Below are positions 1-21,387 of a stretch of DNA of 64,000 nucleotides, one piece after another. Position 1 is the first letter of the stretch; each line of letters starts with the position of its first letter. The position numbers were made by a program, and so were the translations under genes. The stretch is from Neocallimastix sp. 'constans' (taxonomy: Eukaryota): contig JBODTK010000118.1 of the NCBI GenBank assembly GCA_050613775.1, positions 372,001-436,000 on the forward strand. Reading direction: 5' to 3'. The notes below the pieces were generated by a model. That model was not told the DNA's origin. It did no database searches and saw nothing but the letters and a program-made list of their open reading frames with translations.

Positions 1-343
1 TATAAAAATCATATATTAAAAATAACAATTAATAGAGATTAAATAATAATTAATAATTAATAATTAATAAATGATAATATTTAAAAAAAATTAATAATAA
101 TTATGAGTAAAATAATTATTATCAAAGTTAGAATTATTGATATTTATTTTTACATTGAAAGAACTATATAACATTTTTTATAAATTTATAATGTTTATTA
201 CTTATTAACTAATAGATATCATTTCATGTCTTTCGTATAAAATAATCTTATATATTTGAACTATATTAAATGATCGCTATTTAAAACTTTTTATATACTA
301 ATAAATGTATATCTAATAATTATGATTGAAAAGAGCTAAAATC

Positions 344-471
344 ATTTATTATTTATTATTTATTATTTATTATTTATTATTTATTATTTATTATTTATTA
401 TTTATTATTTATTATTTATTATTTATTATTTATTATTTATTATTTATTATTTATTATTTATTATTTATTAT
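344..471. repeat. (TTATTTA)n heptamer microsatellite
   Basis: Directly visible tandem 7-mers. Confidence 0.95.
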
Positions 472-1847
472 TAATTATTTATTATATGAAGTTTAAGATA
501 TATATTATTGATTTAAAATATTAGCATATTGCCTAAACCAATTCTAAATATTCATTCCATATATTATATATTTTATATATATTATTTATGTATTAACCAG
601 ATTTTTCGAACTGGAATTATTTTCTATATTGAATGTTAAAAAAATGAAATCTAAATTAAATAATGTAACTTATAATACAAATATATATATTCAAATTTAT
701 TTGATTTTAATAAAAATATATGATCAAAAATTAAGCTTTTTATATTACCAATAAATATATATTAAGTAAATTTAAATTTTACCAAAGAATTTTACTATAT
801 ATAGCTATTTATACAAAATAAGTTTAATAATCCATGAAATATTTTAATTTCATTGGATGATACATACAACCATTGAAATATTAAATATTAATAAAAATAA
901 TATATTTTTTTTTTTTTAAAAAAATTTTCTTCTATAATAAATATTCCTGTTGTAGAATTTTTTTCTCACTTTATATATATATAAAAAATACGAAAAGATA
1001 AGAAAGGTCTTATTATTAAATAAATAGTACTTAATAAATTTTATCAATGTATTATAACTATAGAAATATATATAAAGTAGTTAATAAGCAATTATTTATT
1101 AAAATTTTAATTATATACTAATTTAAAATAATTATTCTTAATTATATCTTTTAAAAGATAAATAACAATAAATAATTAATATGTATTTATAATTAATTAA
1201 ATACAATTATAATTGAGTATAATAATAAAAAAAAAAAATTAAAATAAAAATTAAAAAATAAAAAAATATATACAATAATAAATGATATATATGTATATAT
1301 AATTTATTATTGTTTACATATCAATATTCAGTAGTATAATAAAAATAATAAATATGGGATATGAAAATAATATTGTTGTATTTAAATTTTTAAAAAATAA
1401 AAAAATAAAAAAGGATAATAATTATATAATTATAATATTTAATATTAATATTACTTAATATTAGTAAACGTACTAAAACTCACCAATTCCACATTATCTA
1501 CATTTTTATCTTGTGATAAACCCAAAACAAAATGAATATGAGGATTAAAATAGTTAAATTTTTATATCTAGTAAATTTATTTATAAACTTAAATTATTAC
1601 ATTTTTAAAAATAATTGATCAATACATTCTATTTGACATTTCTTAATATATACAGATCCATATAAATATATATATATATATTATTTTATTTTATTATTTT
1701 ATTTTTAAATATAAAAAAAAAAAAAAAAAAAAAAAAGATGAAATATTAATACATATTATATTTTATTCTTTTATTTAATAAATCTCTTATCTAATTTAAT
1801 TTTTTTTATATTGAAACATCAGTATTTATATATATATATATATATAT

Positions 1848-1908
<61 letters not shown>

Positions 1909-3050
1909 ATTTCTAATGGATTAAATTTTTCTTATTCAAAATATAAAATTTTGAAATTATCATAATAAATAGTAAAGAATAAAAATATCAATTTCGATAT
2001 ATTTAATATTTATAAAAAATAAATATAAAATATCTGTAAAATAATAAATAATATATGTCAATATTTTTATATATTTATAAAATATGTTAAGTTTTTATAT
2101 ACACTTAATTCAATTTTTTAGGCATGTTTAATTATATAATATGATTAAATCAAAATTTAGAAATTAATTAACTATATATATAATCATAGAGTTAGAATTA
2201 GGCAATAATAAAATACTATTTTTGCCTTTTTTTTTTTTTTTTTTTATCAGCAAATGTGTTTATTAAGGCACAATTATCATAGTTCTTAATGATTATTATA
2301 CATAAAATCTTTATTTTTTTTTATGAAAAGTAAAATCTTAAAATTTATACTACTATTTATTTTACTAATTTAGTGTTGGTCTTATATATCACTATATGTA
2401 TATATTTTTATCTTTTATTCTTTTAATAAATTTATTTTCAATGATGTCATCTGAGCTAAAGCGAAATAGCTCAGATATTTTATTTTTATTATTATTTTCT
2501 AATATAATTTTGTTGTACATTATTTTTACTTATTTATAAGACTTCACAAACCATTTAATATAACTTAGTCTTTCTATGTATTTTAGAATTTAATATATAT
2601 ATATATATATATTTAGAAATTTATACAATTTATTAAAAAAAATAATATTATTAACTATAAAATATATATATATATATATATATATACAATCACTTAAAAT
2701 ATTCTTTCTTTCTTTTTTTTTTTTAACTCGTGTTTACATATACAAATTTATCATTAATAGTATAGTACAATAGCATTATTTTTAAGAAGTTATGATATAA
2801 TATAAAATAATTAAACTATATTAATTTATTTTTAGCTAATAATATATATATATATATTTAAATTTTAATAATAGGCAGATTAATAATATTTTGATTTTGA
2901 TTCTAGCTCTATTATAATTAATATTATTACAGGATAAAAAGGTTCATATATAAAATATATGTAATAATTTTTAAAATAAAGTTAATAGCTAGAGAATAAC
3001 ATAATATGTAAAAATCAATGATAAAATATATTTTTATCCAAAAGAATAAA

Positions 3051-3175
3051 AAAAATAAAAATAAAAATAAAAATAAAAATAAAAATAAAAATAAAAATAA
3101 AAATAAAAATAAAAATAAAAATAAAAATAAAAATAAAAATAAAAATAAAAATAAAATAAAATAAAATAAAATAAA
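3051..3175. repeat. (AAAAAT)n then (AAAAT)n microsatellite
   Basis: Directly visible. Confidence 0.95.
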
Positions 3176-3408
3176 TGAATAAATATATTATTTTATAATT
3201 TATATATAAATTGATTAAATTGCTTTTTTATTACTTCTATAATAATATTATATTTCATTAAATTTATTAAATTATTATTTATACATGAATAAATATTTTA
3301 TGATATCATTTGAAAGTTTTGGAATATTATTGAATTATATATATAAAGACATATTAAATTTTTGTTTTATCTTTTTTTCGTTTTCGTTTGTTTTTTTATC
3401 TGTTTATT

Positions 3409-4204
3409 TTAACATTCTAGATATTCAGCAACCATTAATAATTCAGTAGCAATGTTATCATCAATATGAAATTCTGGGACATCTTCTGAATTTGAATATT
3501 TAGCTTTATAATAAAAGTATTCACAAACTTTTTCTAAGATTTCAGCTCTAAATATTTAATTAAAAAAATAATGAAATAATAATTTATATTATTTATTAGC
3601 ATCATTATTATTTCTTTTTAACAATTTATATATATAAATATAAAACTGGAGGTGAAATAATAAAAATAAGATTTTTTTTTATTACCTAATTTCATTAAAA
3701 TGAATTTCATTTTGAACAGATTCAATAAAATTTCCTTTAATAATAAAAAAAATAATTAGAAAAATACTATTATAAAAAGTTCATAAAAATATATTTAAAA
3801 TATCATTATATATATTAAAATTCTATTTAAATATGTTTAATTCCTGTTTAATAATTATGAAATATTTACAAGATTTTGAATTTTTAATTTACAATTCATT
3901 AATTTTAAATGTTTAATACGATTATGATATCATTGTTATATTAAACTATTACATTATATTCAAAATATAAAATAATATAATTATTTTGCCTATTATTTTA
4001 TTTTATTTTTTTTTTTTTAAGAAAAATATCAATGATAATAATAATAAATAAGTTACCTGGACTTGAAAGCATATTTTTAATAGTTCCTGAAATCATAGCA
4101 CATTTTCTATCAATAATAAATTCAAAACCATCTGAACTAATTAACTTAACTGTATCAAAAACAACTTCTTCATTTGATGTATCAGATTTATTATCATCAT
4201 CCAT
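3409..4204 (-). CDS. ELC1: Elongin C (Skp1/BTB-POZ fold), 3 exons: 4204-4057, 3734-3686, ~3547-3409
   Basis: Spliced translation [93 protein letters not shown] matches the Elongin C signature; GT-AG introns keep frame. Confidence 0.95.
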
Positions 4205-6309
4205 GGCTTTATTTATTGTTAAGATGACTAATTTTTTTGAAAATTAAAAATTTATAATAAAAATTAATAAAAAAATAAATTAAAAAAATAATAATAATAA
4301 TCTCAAATTTTTAATAATTAAAAAACGAAATGAAATTTATAGGTTAGATAAATACATTTTTTATTAAATATATAAAATAAAAACTAATTAATAATAGAAT
4401 TTAAATTCACCATATAAATTAATTTTATAGTTTTTTTTTTTTTTTTTTTTTTTTTTGTTTAATAATTTAAAAATTTATTTAAATATTATATTATTTAATT
4501 AATTATTTCATAATTAAATCCTTTATAATAAAAGAAATTAAATAAACTAAAACTTTATATAAAACTTATATTATGAATTAGTTTAAATTAAACAAATATT
4601 TATTATTAAATTTATATATATATTTCTCAAAAAAAAATAAATTTATAAACAAGTTTTTATATTCTCTTAATGATTAAAAAAGTTTTTTAATAAAATTTTT
4701 ATTTTCTTTATTTAATTTCTTTAAAACTATTATATTAAAGATGAATAAAATTTTCACATTCAAATAATATTTTATTTTTTATATAAAGAGTTCCATTAAA
4801 TCTAAATTTATTAAATATTATTTCTTAATTTATTACTAAAAAAATATTTAATAATATTTATAGAATAATGACCTTAGTATATAGTTATATTCTAAGGACT
4901 TTAAAAAGTAAATTTTTTCTTTATAAGAAATTAAAAAAAATTTTTATATATTTAATTATTTTCTAAAACATTTAAAAATTTTCATTAATTTTATTGAGCT
5001 ACCTCAATTAATATGAAATATGATAGCTTTCAATATAACTTTCAAATTTTAAATATTTTATTATTTTTTGAGAATAATATATATATTAAACAATAAATTT
5101 AAAATTTAACCTATGAGCTGTATACCATATCTTAAAAAATTTTCATATTATTAAATTTTTAATAATAAAATCAAAAATAAATTTAACGTTATTTTTAAAT
5201 ATAGTAAATAAATAAATATATATAGTTATAAAATAACTTTGGAGATTTTTATAATTATTTAAATATATATAATTATAAAAGTTTAAAGATTTAATAGTTG
5301 AATGATTAATAGAGTTAAATAATAGTTTTCTTTACTTTTTATGAATTAATGTTTTATTATCTTATTAAAAATTAAATAGAAAAAAGAATATATATATTTT
5401 ATATAGATGTGTATTTTAATATTTATGTAATATTTATATTCAATTATTAAGCATTTTAATTATTAAATATATATTTTTATTTTTTTATAAGTTTTTTATT
5501 CTTTTTATATACTTTTCTTTTTTATGTACATGTTTTTTTAAATTTTTATTTCTTATTATATTTAATTTATATTGATATTCATATTTGTCCTATTTTTTAA
5601 AATTTACTTTATTTATATAGAATTAGTTTAATTAAATTTTGATTTTAATTTATTTTAAATAAATTATAAATATATAAAAATTTATTAATAATAATAAATA
5701 TTTATAGATTTTTCCCCATATTTAATTCAATTCACAAAAAATCTATAAAAAAATTTTTTTTTTTTATTATCTATCTACGTAAAATTTCTATCTGTGTATA
5801 ATAAAAAATTTCTATCTGTGTAGAAGTCCTATAATTTATTTAGAAATGTAAAAGTCTCTATTTTAAATAGATATACATATAAATATATTTAACAATTTTA
5901 AAATTATCATTAATTATCATTATAAAAGGAAAAAAGTCAAAATAAAAATTAATAAATAAATAAAATGTATTTATTTATTGTTAACAAGAAATAAAAATAA
6001 TATATTTATTATAATTAAATAAAATGAGCATTAAATTATTTCAAGAAATTCAAGAGATTTCATATTAATCGTCTTATTATTAATCTAATATAAAAATTTC
6101 AATTTAAATTTAAATAAAAAAAAAATTAAATAATTTAAGCAATTAATAAATATTATATATATATATATATTAAGCAAATTTATACTTTTAAAATACCTCA
6201 ATAAATAAAGCATATTCTTTTTCATTATAATTCAAATGATTAATTTTTTAATATATATATATTATTGACTTATATAAATTATAATATAAGTATAAAATAT
6301 AAATTATAA

Positions 6310-8058
<1,749 letters not shown>

Positions 8059-8906
8059 TGAAAAGAAAAATGAAATAATAATAATAACAATAATTTAACT
8101 TATTTACAATTAATTAATAATAGTAATAATAATTATATATAACATGGTTATAATTAATTAATTACTAAATAATAGTAATAATGATAATAATAAGACGCCC
8201 TATTATAAATAATTAATAATAATAATAATAATTATAATAATAATTGACTATAATAATAATATAATATAAATAAATGAAGTAAAATAAAATGAAATAAAAG
8301 ATTTTAAAATATTATAATTTCTTTTAGAAATTTAAATAGAATACATACATAAACTACATATATATATTTATTTATAATTATTAACAGGATATATAAATTG
8401 TTATTATTATAATTATTATTATTTAAAACTATAAATAATATAAATTTATATATATATATATATAAATTTAAAACTATTAATAATACAAATAAATTACTGT
8501 TATTTATTATTAATTAATTAATTAATTAATATCTATCTATGATATATTGTAAATAAAAAGTTTCATTATAAAATAATATAAATAAAATAAAATTTTATTA
8601 TTATAAATAATTAATACAACAAAACTAATGCTGCTACTACTACTACTACTACTACTACTACTAATAATAATAATAATAATAATAGATATATTTTAATTAA
8701 AAATATGATATGATATGATGATATTAAAAATAATTGAATAGATTGTGTTTTCATTACTATTTATAAATAATTAATATATATATATATATTAAATGAAAAA
8801 GTAGAATTAACATAAATAAAAAAAATTTTTTTTTTTTAATAATTTTATTTTATTTTATTTTATTTTTACTTTTTATTTTTTCCTGATAGTGAATTTTATA
8901 TTATTA

Positions 8907-8952
<46 letters not shown>

Positions 8953-9409
8953 CATTTATATAGAAAAAAAATTAAATATATATGTGGAATATATAGAATA
9001 GTATATAATAGAATATATAGAATAAATTATAATGATATTAAAAAAATTTTAAAAAATGGATGTTTATAAAAAAAAAAAAATAATAATAAATAAATGATAT
9101 GATAAAAAAAAATAAAAATAAAAATATATAAAGTTTATGTATTTATGATATATGTAATTAAAAACTGATAAAAAAAAAAAATTTTTTTTTTATTATTATT
9201 ATTACTGGTTACGAACTATTACTACTGTTATAATAATTATTAATATTATCTATGGTAAATCAATAAATTTATAATGAATTAATTATTAATTAAAATAAAT
9301 AAATAAATATATATCTATAAAGATGAAGGATAAAATGTAGGTATTAATGTGAACGAAGAAATAATAAAAAAAAATTTTTTTTTTTTCAAAATGAAATAAT
9401 GAATAAATA

Positions 9410-9440
<31 letters not shown>

Positions 9441-9458
9441 ATTTTTTTTTTCTTAATT

Positions 9459-16886
<7,428 letters not shown>

Positions 16887-17381
16887 TTTTTCTTAATAAT
16901 ATTATTGATAAAAAGAAAATAAACTATTAAATTTAAATATATGTGCTAAAAATGTATTTATATTATTAAATTATATAATAAATTTAATTAAATTAATTTT
17001 CAATAAATAAAAAAGAATTAATTCCATTATATCTCATTTCCTTTTCTTAATTTGCTCTCTTTTTTTAATTATTCTCTCTTTTACTAATAAAGACGGAATA
17101 TATATATGTAACAAAAGTATTTTGTTATTTATAGATATATTACAATGTTCTTATATATAAAATTTAAAATTTCATTAAAATTGAAATTTCATCTATAATT
17201 TCTATTTTTATAATAAAACAATAAATATTTATTGATAAATATTATCTTATATATAAAATGTTTTTAATTGTATCTTACATATAAAATGTTTTTAATTGTA
17301 ATAATTGAAAAATATATATATTTTTATATATATATTATTTCTATTATTTGTTATGGTATATTATTAGAGACAATTTTAAAC

Positions 17382-17434
<53 letters not shown>

Positions 17435-18599
17435 TTAGACAGGCACTGAAATTTCAAAATCTGATTAAACTTTCCATAAATTTTATATTTCAGAATTCAA
17501 TTTTGATTAATTTAAATTTCTATTTAATATTAATAGTGAATATAATCATATACAAATATATTTTATAAGCAAATTCAAATTTAAATGCCTTTAAATTGCT
17601 TTTTTTATTTTTTTCTTGAGAAAATGAATTTTTTTTTTTTTAAAAAAAAAAAAATACATAATACACAAATATTTGAAAATTTTAACAAAATTATTTAAAA
17701 TATTAATTTAAATTTATGTAACTTAAAAAAAAAAAAAAAAAAAATAACAATAATTTAAAATTATAAGAAATATAATATATTGTAGCAATATATTATAAAT
17801 ATATTTCAATTAAATAATAAAAAAATCCTTGAAGAATCAAATCAATGAAAAAAAAAATTTTTTTACTTTTAAAAATTAAATGAAAATTATAATAATTATT
17901 ATAAACATTTAAAAAAATAATAATAATAAATACCCAATTTTTTTTTAAACATATATTAATTGTTAATTGCAAATAATAATATGAAAATTCATCATCAAAT
18001 TTAAAAGTATAAATATTAATTATTATATCTTTATTTCTTTAATTTAAACATTTTTTTTATAATTTTTATAATTTGTAAAATATTATAGGACAATAATTTT
18101 TAACCAATAAAATATTGAAAAAATTCTATTATAAATAAATAAATAAATAATAAAAAATACTGATTATCAATATATATTAAATGTAAATAATATATTTAAT
18201 ATATTATTTTTTATCATTATTTTAAATAATTCGTACCTACTTTTAATTTATACTTTTAAAAAATTTATAAATTAAAAAAAAAACATTTAATTTAAATTTT
18301 ATTTGTTGAACTTTTTAGGCATTTAAAATATATATAATGTAATAAATTTTATATATATTTTTTATTTAAATTAATTTTTAAATAGATTAAACATTTGTAG
18401 TTAAAATAATGTTGTTATTAAATAAAATGGATATTGTTAAAGAAAAATTTATTATATACTTTAACACTTTAATTTATCTATTATTTTATGTAATTTATAT
18501 TATTATTAAGATTAAATATTATACTACTATAAATAGATATAGCAAGTTGAATTATTTATTAATTATTAAAAGTACATATTTATTAAATTCAATCATCCC

Positions 18600-18701
18600 T
18601 TAACCAATAATTAATTGATCAACAGACAAATCTTCATAACTACCATCTGATAGAAAACCATGAATAAGTAAATGTATTTTCTTTTCATGTAATTCAAACA
18701 T
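18600..18701 (-). pseudogene. RPB6: Decayed C-terminal fragment of RNA polymerase I/II/III subunit RPB6 (RPABC2)
   Basis: Translates MFELHEKKIHLLIHGFLSDGSYEDLSVDQLIIG*, matching the RPB6 C-terminus (MKELxEKKIPLxIRRYLPDGSxEDWSVxELI) with conserved residues substituted. An in-frame stop lies immediately upstream, and the TPYMTKYERARxLG core is absent. Confidence 0.85.
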
Positions 18702-18750
18702 TTACTATCACTCCATCAAACATAACAAAATAATAACTAAAAATAAGTTA

Positions 18751-19866
18751 TTAAGAAGTACATAAAATAGGTTTATCCAAACACATTCTTCCGGTAACTT
18801 TCTGTTTTACCATACAAACAAAACTAGCATCCCGACTGTTGAATTTATTTTTTGAAAAATCTATTGTTCTTATAACGTATGGACTAACTAATTGCAATAT
18901 TTTAGTCGCATCTTGTATATCTAATTGACAATCAATAATTTTCAAATCAATTACTTGATACAAACTATCAAAGAGATCTGAAAAAGAATAACCATTTGTA
19001 GTATGACAGCTTTCAAAACTTAATTTATTTACCCCATCAGAAAATAATTCCCAAAACTTACTAACAAACTCTTCATTTATTTCTACTCCGATAAAAGTGA
19101 CAGAGCTCAATTCCTTTGTTTGATTGTTTGTTAGTGTTCTAAATTGATTCATGCTGATAATTTTGATAGTATGAGCTTTTTCTTGTGCAATTACTGGATC
19201 AAAAGACTTTCGTCCACAAGTTACTGAAGCTACTTGAGTAAATCCAGTACATAAAATAGGTTTATCCAAACACATTCTTCCGATAACTTTCCGTTTTACC
19301 ATACAAACAAAACTAGCATCCCGACTATTGAATTTATTTTTTGAAAAATCTATTGTTCTTATAACGTATGGACTAACTAATTGCAATATTTTAGTCGCAT
19401 CTTGTATATCTAATTGACAATCAATAATTTTCAAATCAATTACTTGATACAAACTACCAAAGAGATCTGAAAAAGAATAACCATTTGTAGTATGACAGCT
19501 TTCAAAACTTAATTTATTTACCCCATCAGAAAATAATTCCTAAAATTTATTAACAAACTCTTCATTTATTTTTACTCCGATAAAAGTGACAGAGCTCAAT
19601 TCCTTTGTTTGATTGTTTGTTAGTGTTCTAAATTGATTCATGCTGTTAATTTTGATAGCATGAGCTTTTTCTTGTGCAATTACTGGATCAAAAGACTTTC
19701 GTCCACAAGTTACTGAAGCTACTTGAGTAAATCCAGTAATTAAATCGGTATTTTCATTTTGATAAATTTCTATATTATCTTCTGGTTCTAAATATTTATC
19801 ATTATCATGCATAATTTTATTTTCATTTTCACCAATATCCGATACATCATCACCATAGTCAGACAT
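18751..19866 (-). pseudogene. Chimeric reading frame: acidic RPB6-like N-terminus (~43 aa) fused to two tandem copies of a 163-aa LRR-like domain; nonsense codon in the first copy
   Basis: ORFs 19866-19540 and 19452-18751 share one frame, separated by TAG at 19542-19540 where the second copy has TGG (FVSKFW). No introns. LRR-like spacing in LSSVTFIGVEI, VNKLSFESC, VIDLKIIDCQL, IRTIDFSKNKF. Confidence 0.75.
18757..19734. repeat. Head-to-tail tandem duplication of a 489-bp unit (18757-19245 and 19246-19734), ~98% identical
   Basis: Manual alignment gives 10 substitutions and no indels; AGTA microhomology occurs at 18757, 19246 and 19735. Confidence 0.97.
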
Positions 19867-21067
19867 TTTCTATTATCTAATGTATAAAATATTTTTATAT
19901 TCGATTAGTAAATATAATTAATATTAATATAAAATAATTCAGATAGTTTAATTAGTCATTTTATTATCATTATTATAATATATTTATTTATTTATTTATT
20001 TATTTATCTTATATTTTTCAACAAGTAACTTTAAATTTTATTATACAAATACTAATTTTAATTTTAATTTTAATAATATAGTATGTATAGATTGTTTTTG
20101 CTTTTATTTCGAAATTTATTAATTGAAATCTATAAAATTTATAATCTAAAATTTATATTTATTTCGGGAAAATAATTAATTGGCAATTATTTTTTTTTTT
20201 TTTTTTTTTTTTTTTCATTAATTATATGAATTGTTTTTTCAAATTTTTTTTTTTTTACTATTTTTATTAAAAATTTCTTTTTCTTTTATAATTCTCTTTT
20301 CTTTTTATTTTTATTTAATACATACTTTTTTTAAAAAAATTAAAAAAGTTCTTAAAACTATATTAATTGATTTAAAAATCTATAAGTTTAAAATAATAAT
20401 AATAATAATTTCTTAAAAAAAAATATCTAAATTTGTAAATTAGATTTCTTTTATTCATTTGGTCTTTGATTGGACTATTGTCAACATTCTAATATTTTTA
20501 TATTTTTATTAATTAAAGGAATTATAAAGAAAAATGAATAAAAAAATAATAATTTAATTAATATATAATTAGTTATAATGTTAATGTTTTATTGATTGAA
20601 TAATATTTTATTAAAATATTGTATTATAATAACATTTAATATATTTTTAGTCTTTTTTTTGATTTGATTATATTTAATATTTCTCTATAAATTTGTGTCA
20701 ATTTCATTTTATGTCTGTTCTCATTTTTAAGCCAAATTATGATAAAGTAAAATGGATATCAGATCTTTGAATACTAATAAATTTCATTTTAATTTAAGGA
20801 TAGGTAGATGGATAGTGTATAATTGTTCAAAATTGAAATATTATTATTATTATTAATTATCATATTTGAATTATTCAAAATGATAAAATAATTAATTTAT
20901 AAAATATATACTTACTTTTTTTTTTTTTTTTTTATGAAAAGTATATAATTTTTAAAAATTGAAATTATTTATAATACATCATATTAATTTTATTTTATTT
21001 TATTTTATTTTATTTTATTTTATTTTTATTTTATTTTTAATTATTTTTTTTTTTTCATTTTTTATAT

Positions 21068-21126
<59 letters not shown>

Positions 21127-21387
21127 TTCATTCATTCATTCATTTAGTTATGTATAAGCTTATCTAGACAATAATTTTTCCATCAATTTTTACAAGAAAA
21201 GTGAGAAAAATTTAATAAATAATAACTGAAAAATGGATACAATAAGTTAACTTTTTAATTTTATTTTTTATTTTATTTTTTATTTTATTTTTTATTTTAT
21301 TTTTTATTTTATTTTTTATTTTATTTTTATTTGTATTTTATTTTTTATTTTATTTTATTCTTTATTTTTATTTTTATTTTATTTTAA

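Noticed and set aside
1466..1580. Possible orphan exon on - strand (FNPHIHFVLGLSQDKNVDNVEL then GTGAGT)
   Set aside because: No clean in-frame acceptor or partner exons found; too short to call.
2441..2480. SECIS element
   Set aside because: ATGA and an AA loop are present, but there is no 3' GA core and no upstream in-frame TGA gene.
19540..19542. TAG as programmed readthrough or recoding
   Set aside because: The twin copy has TGG and neighbouring differences are of the same type, so a nonsense mutation is simpler.
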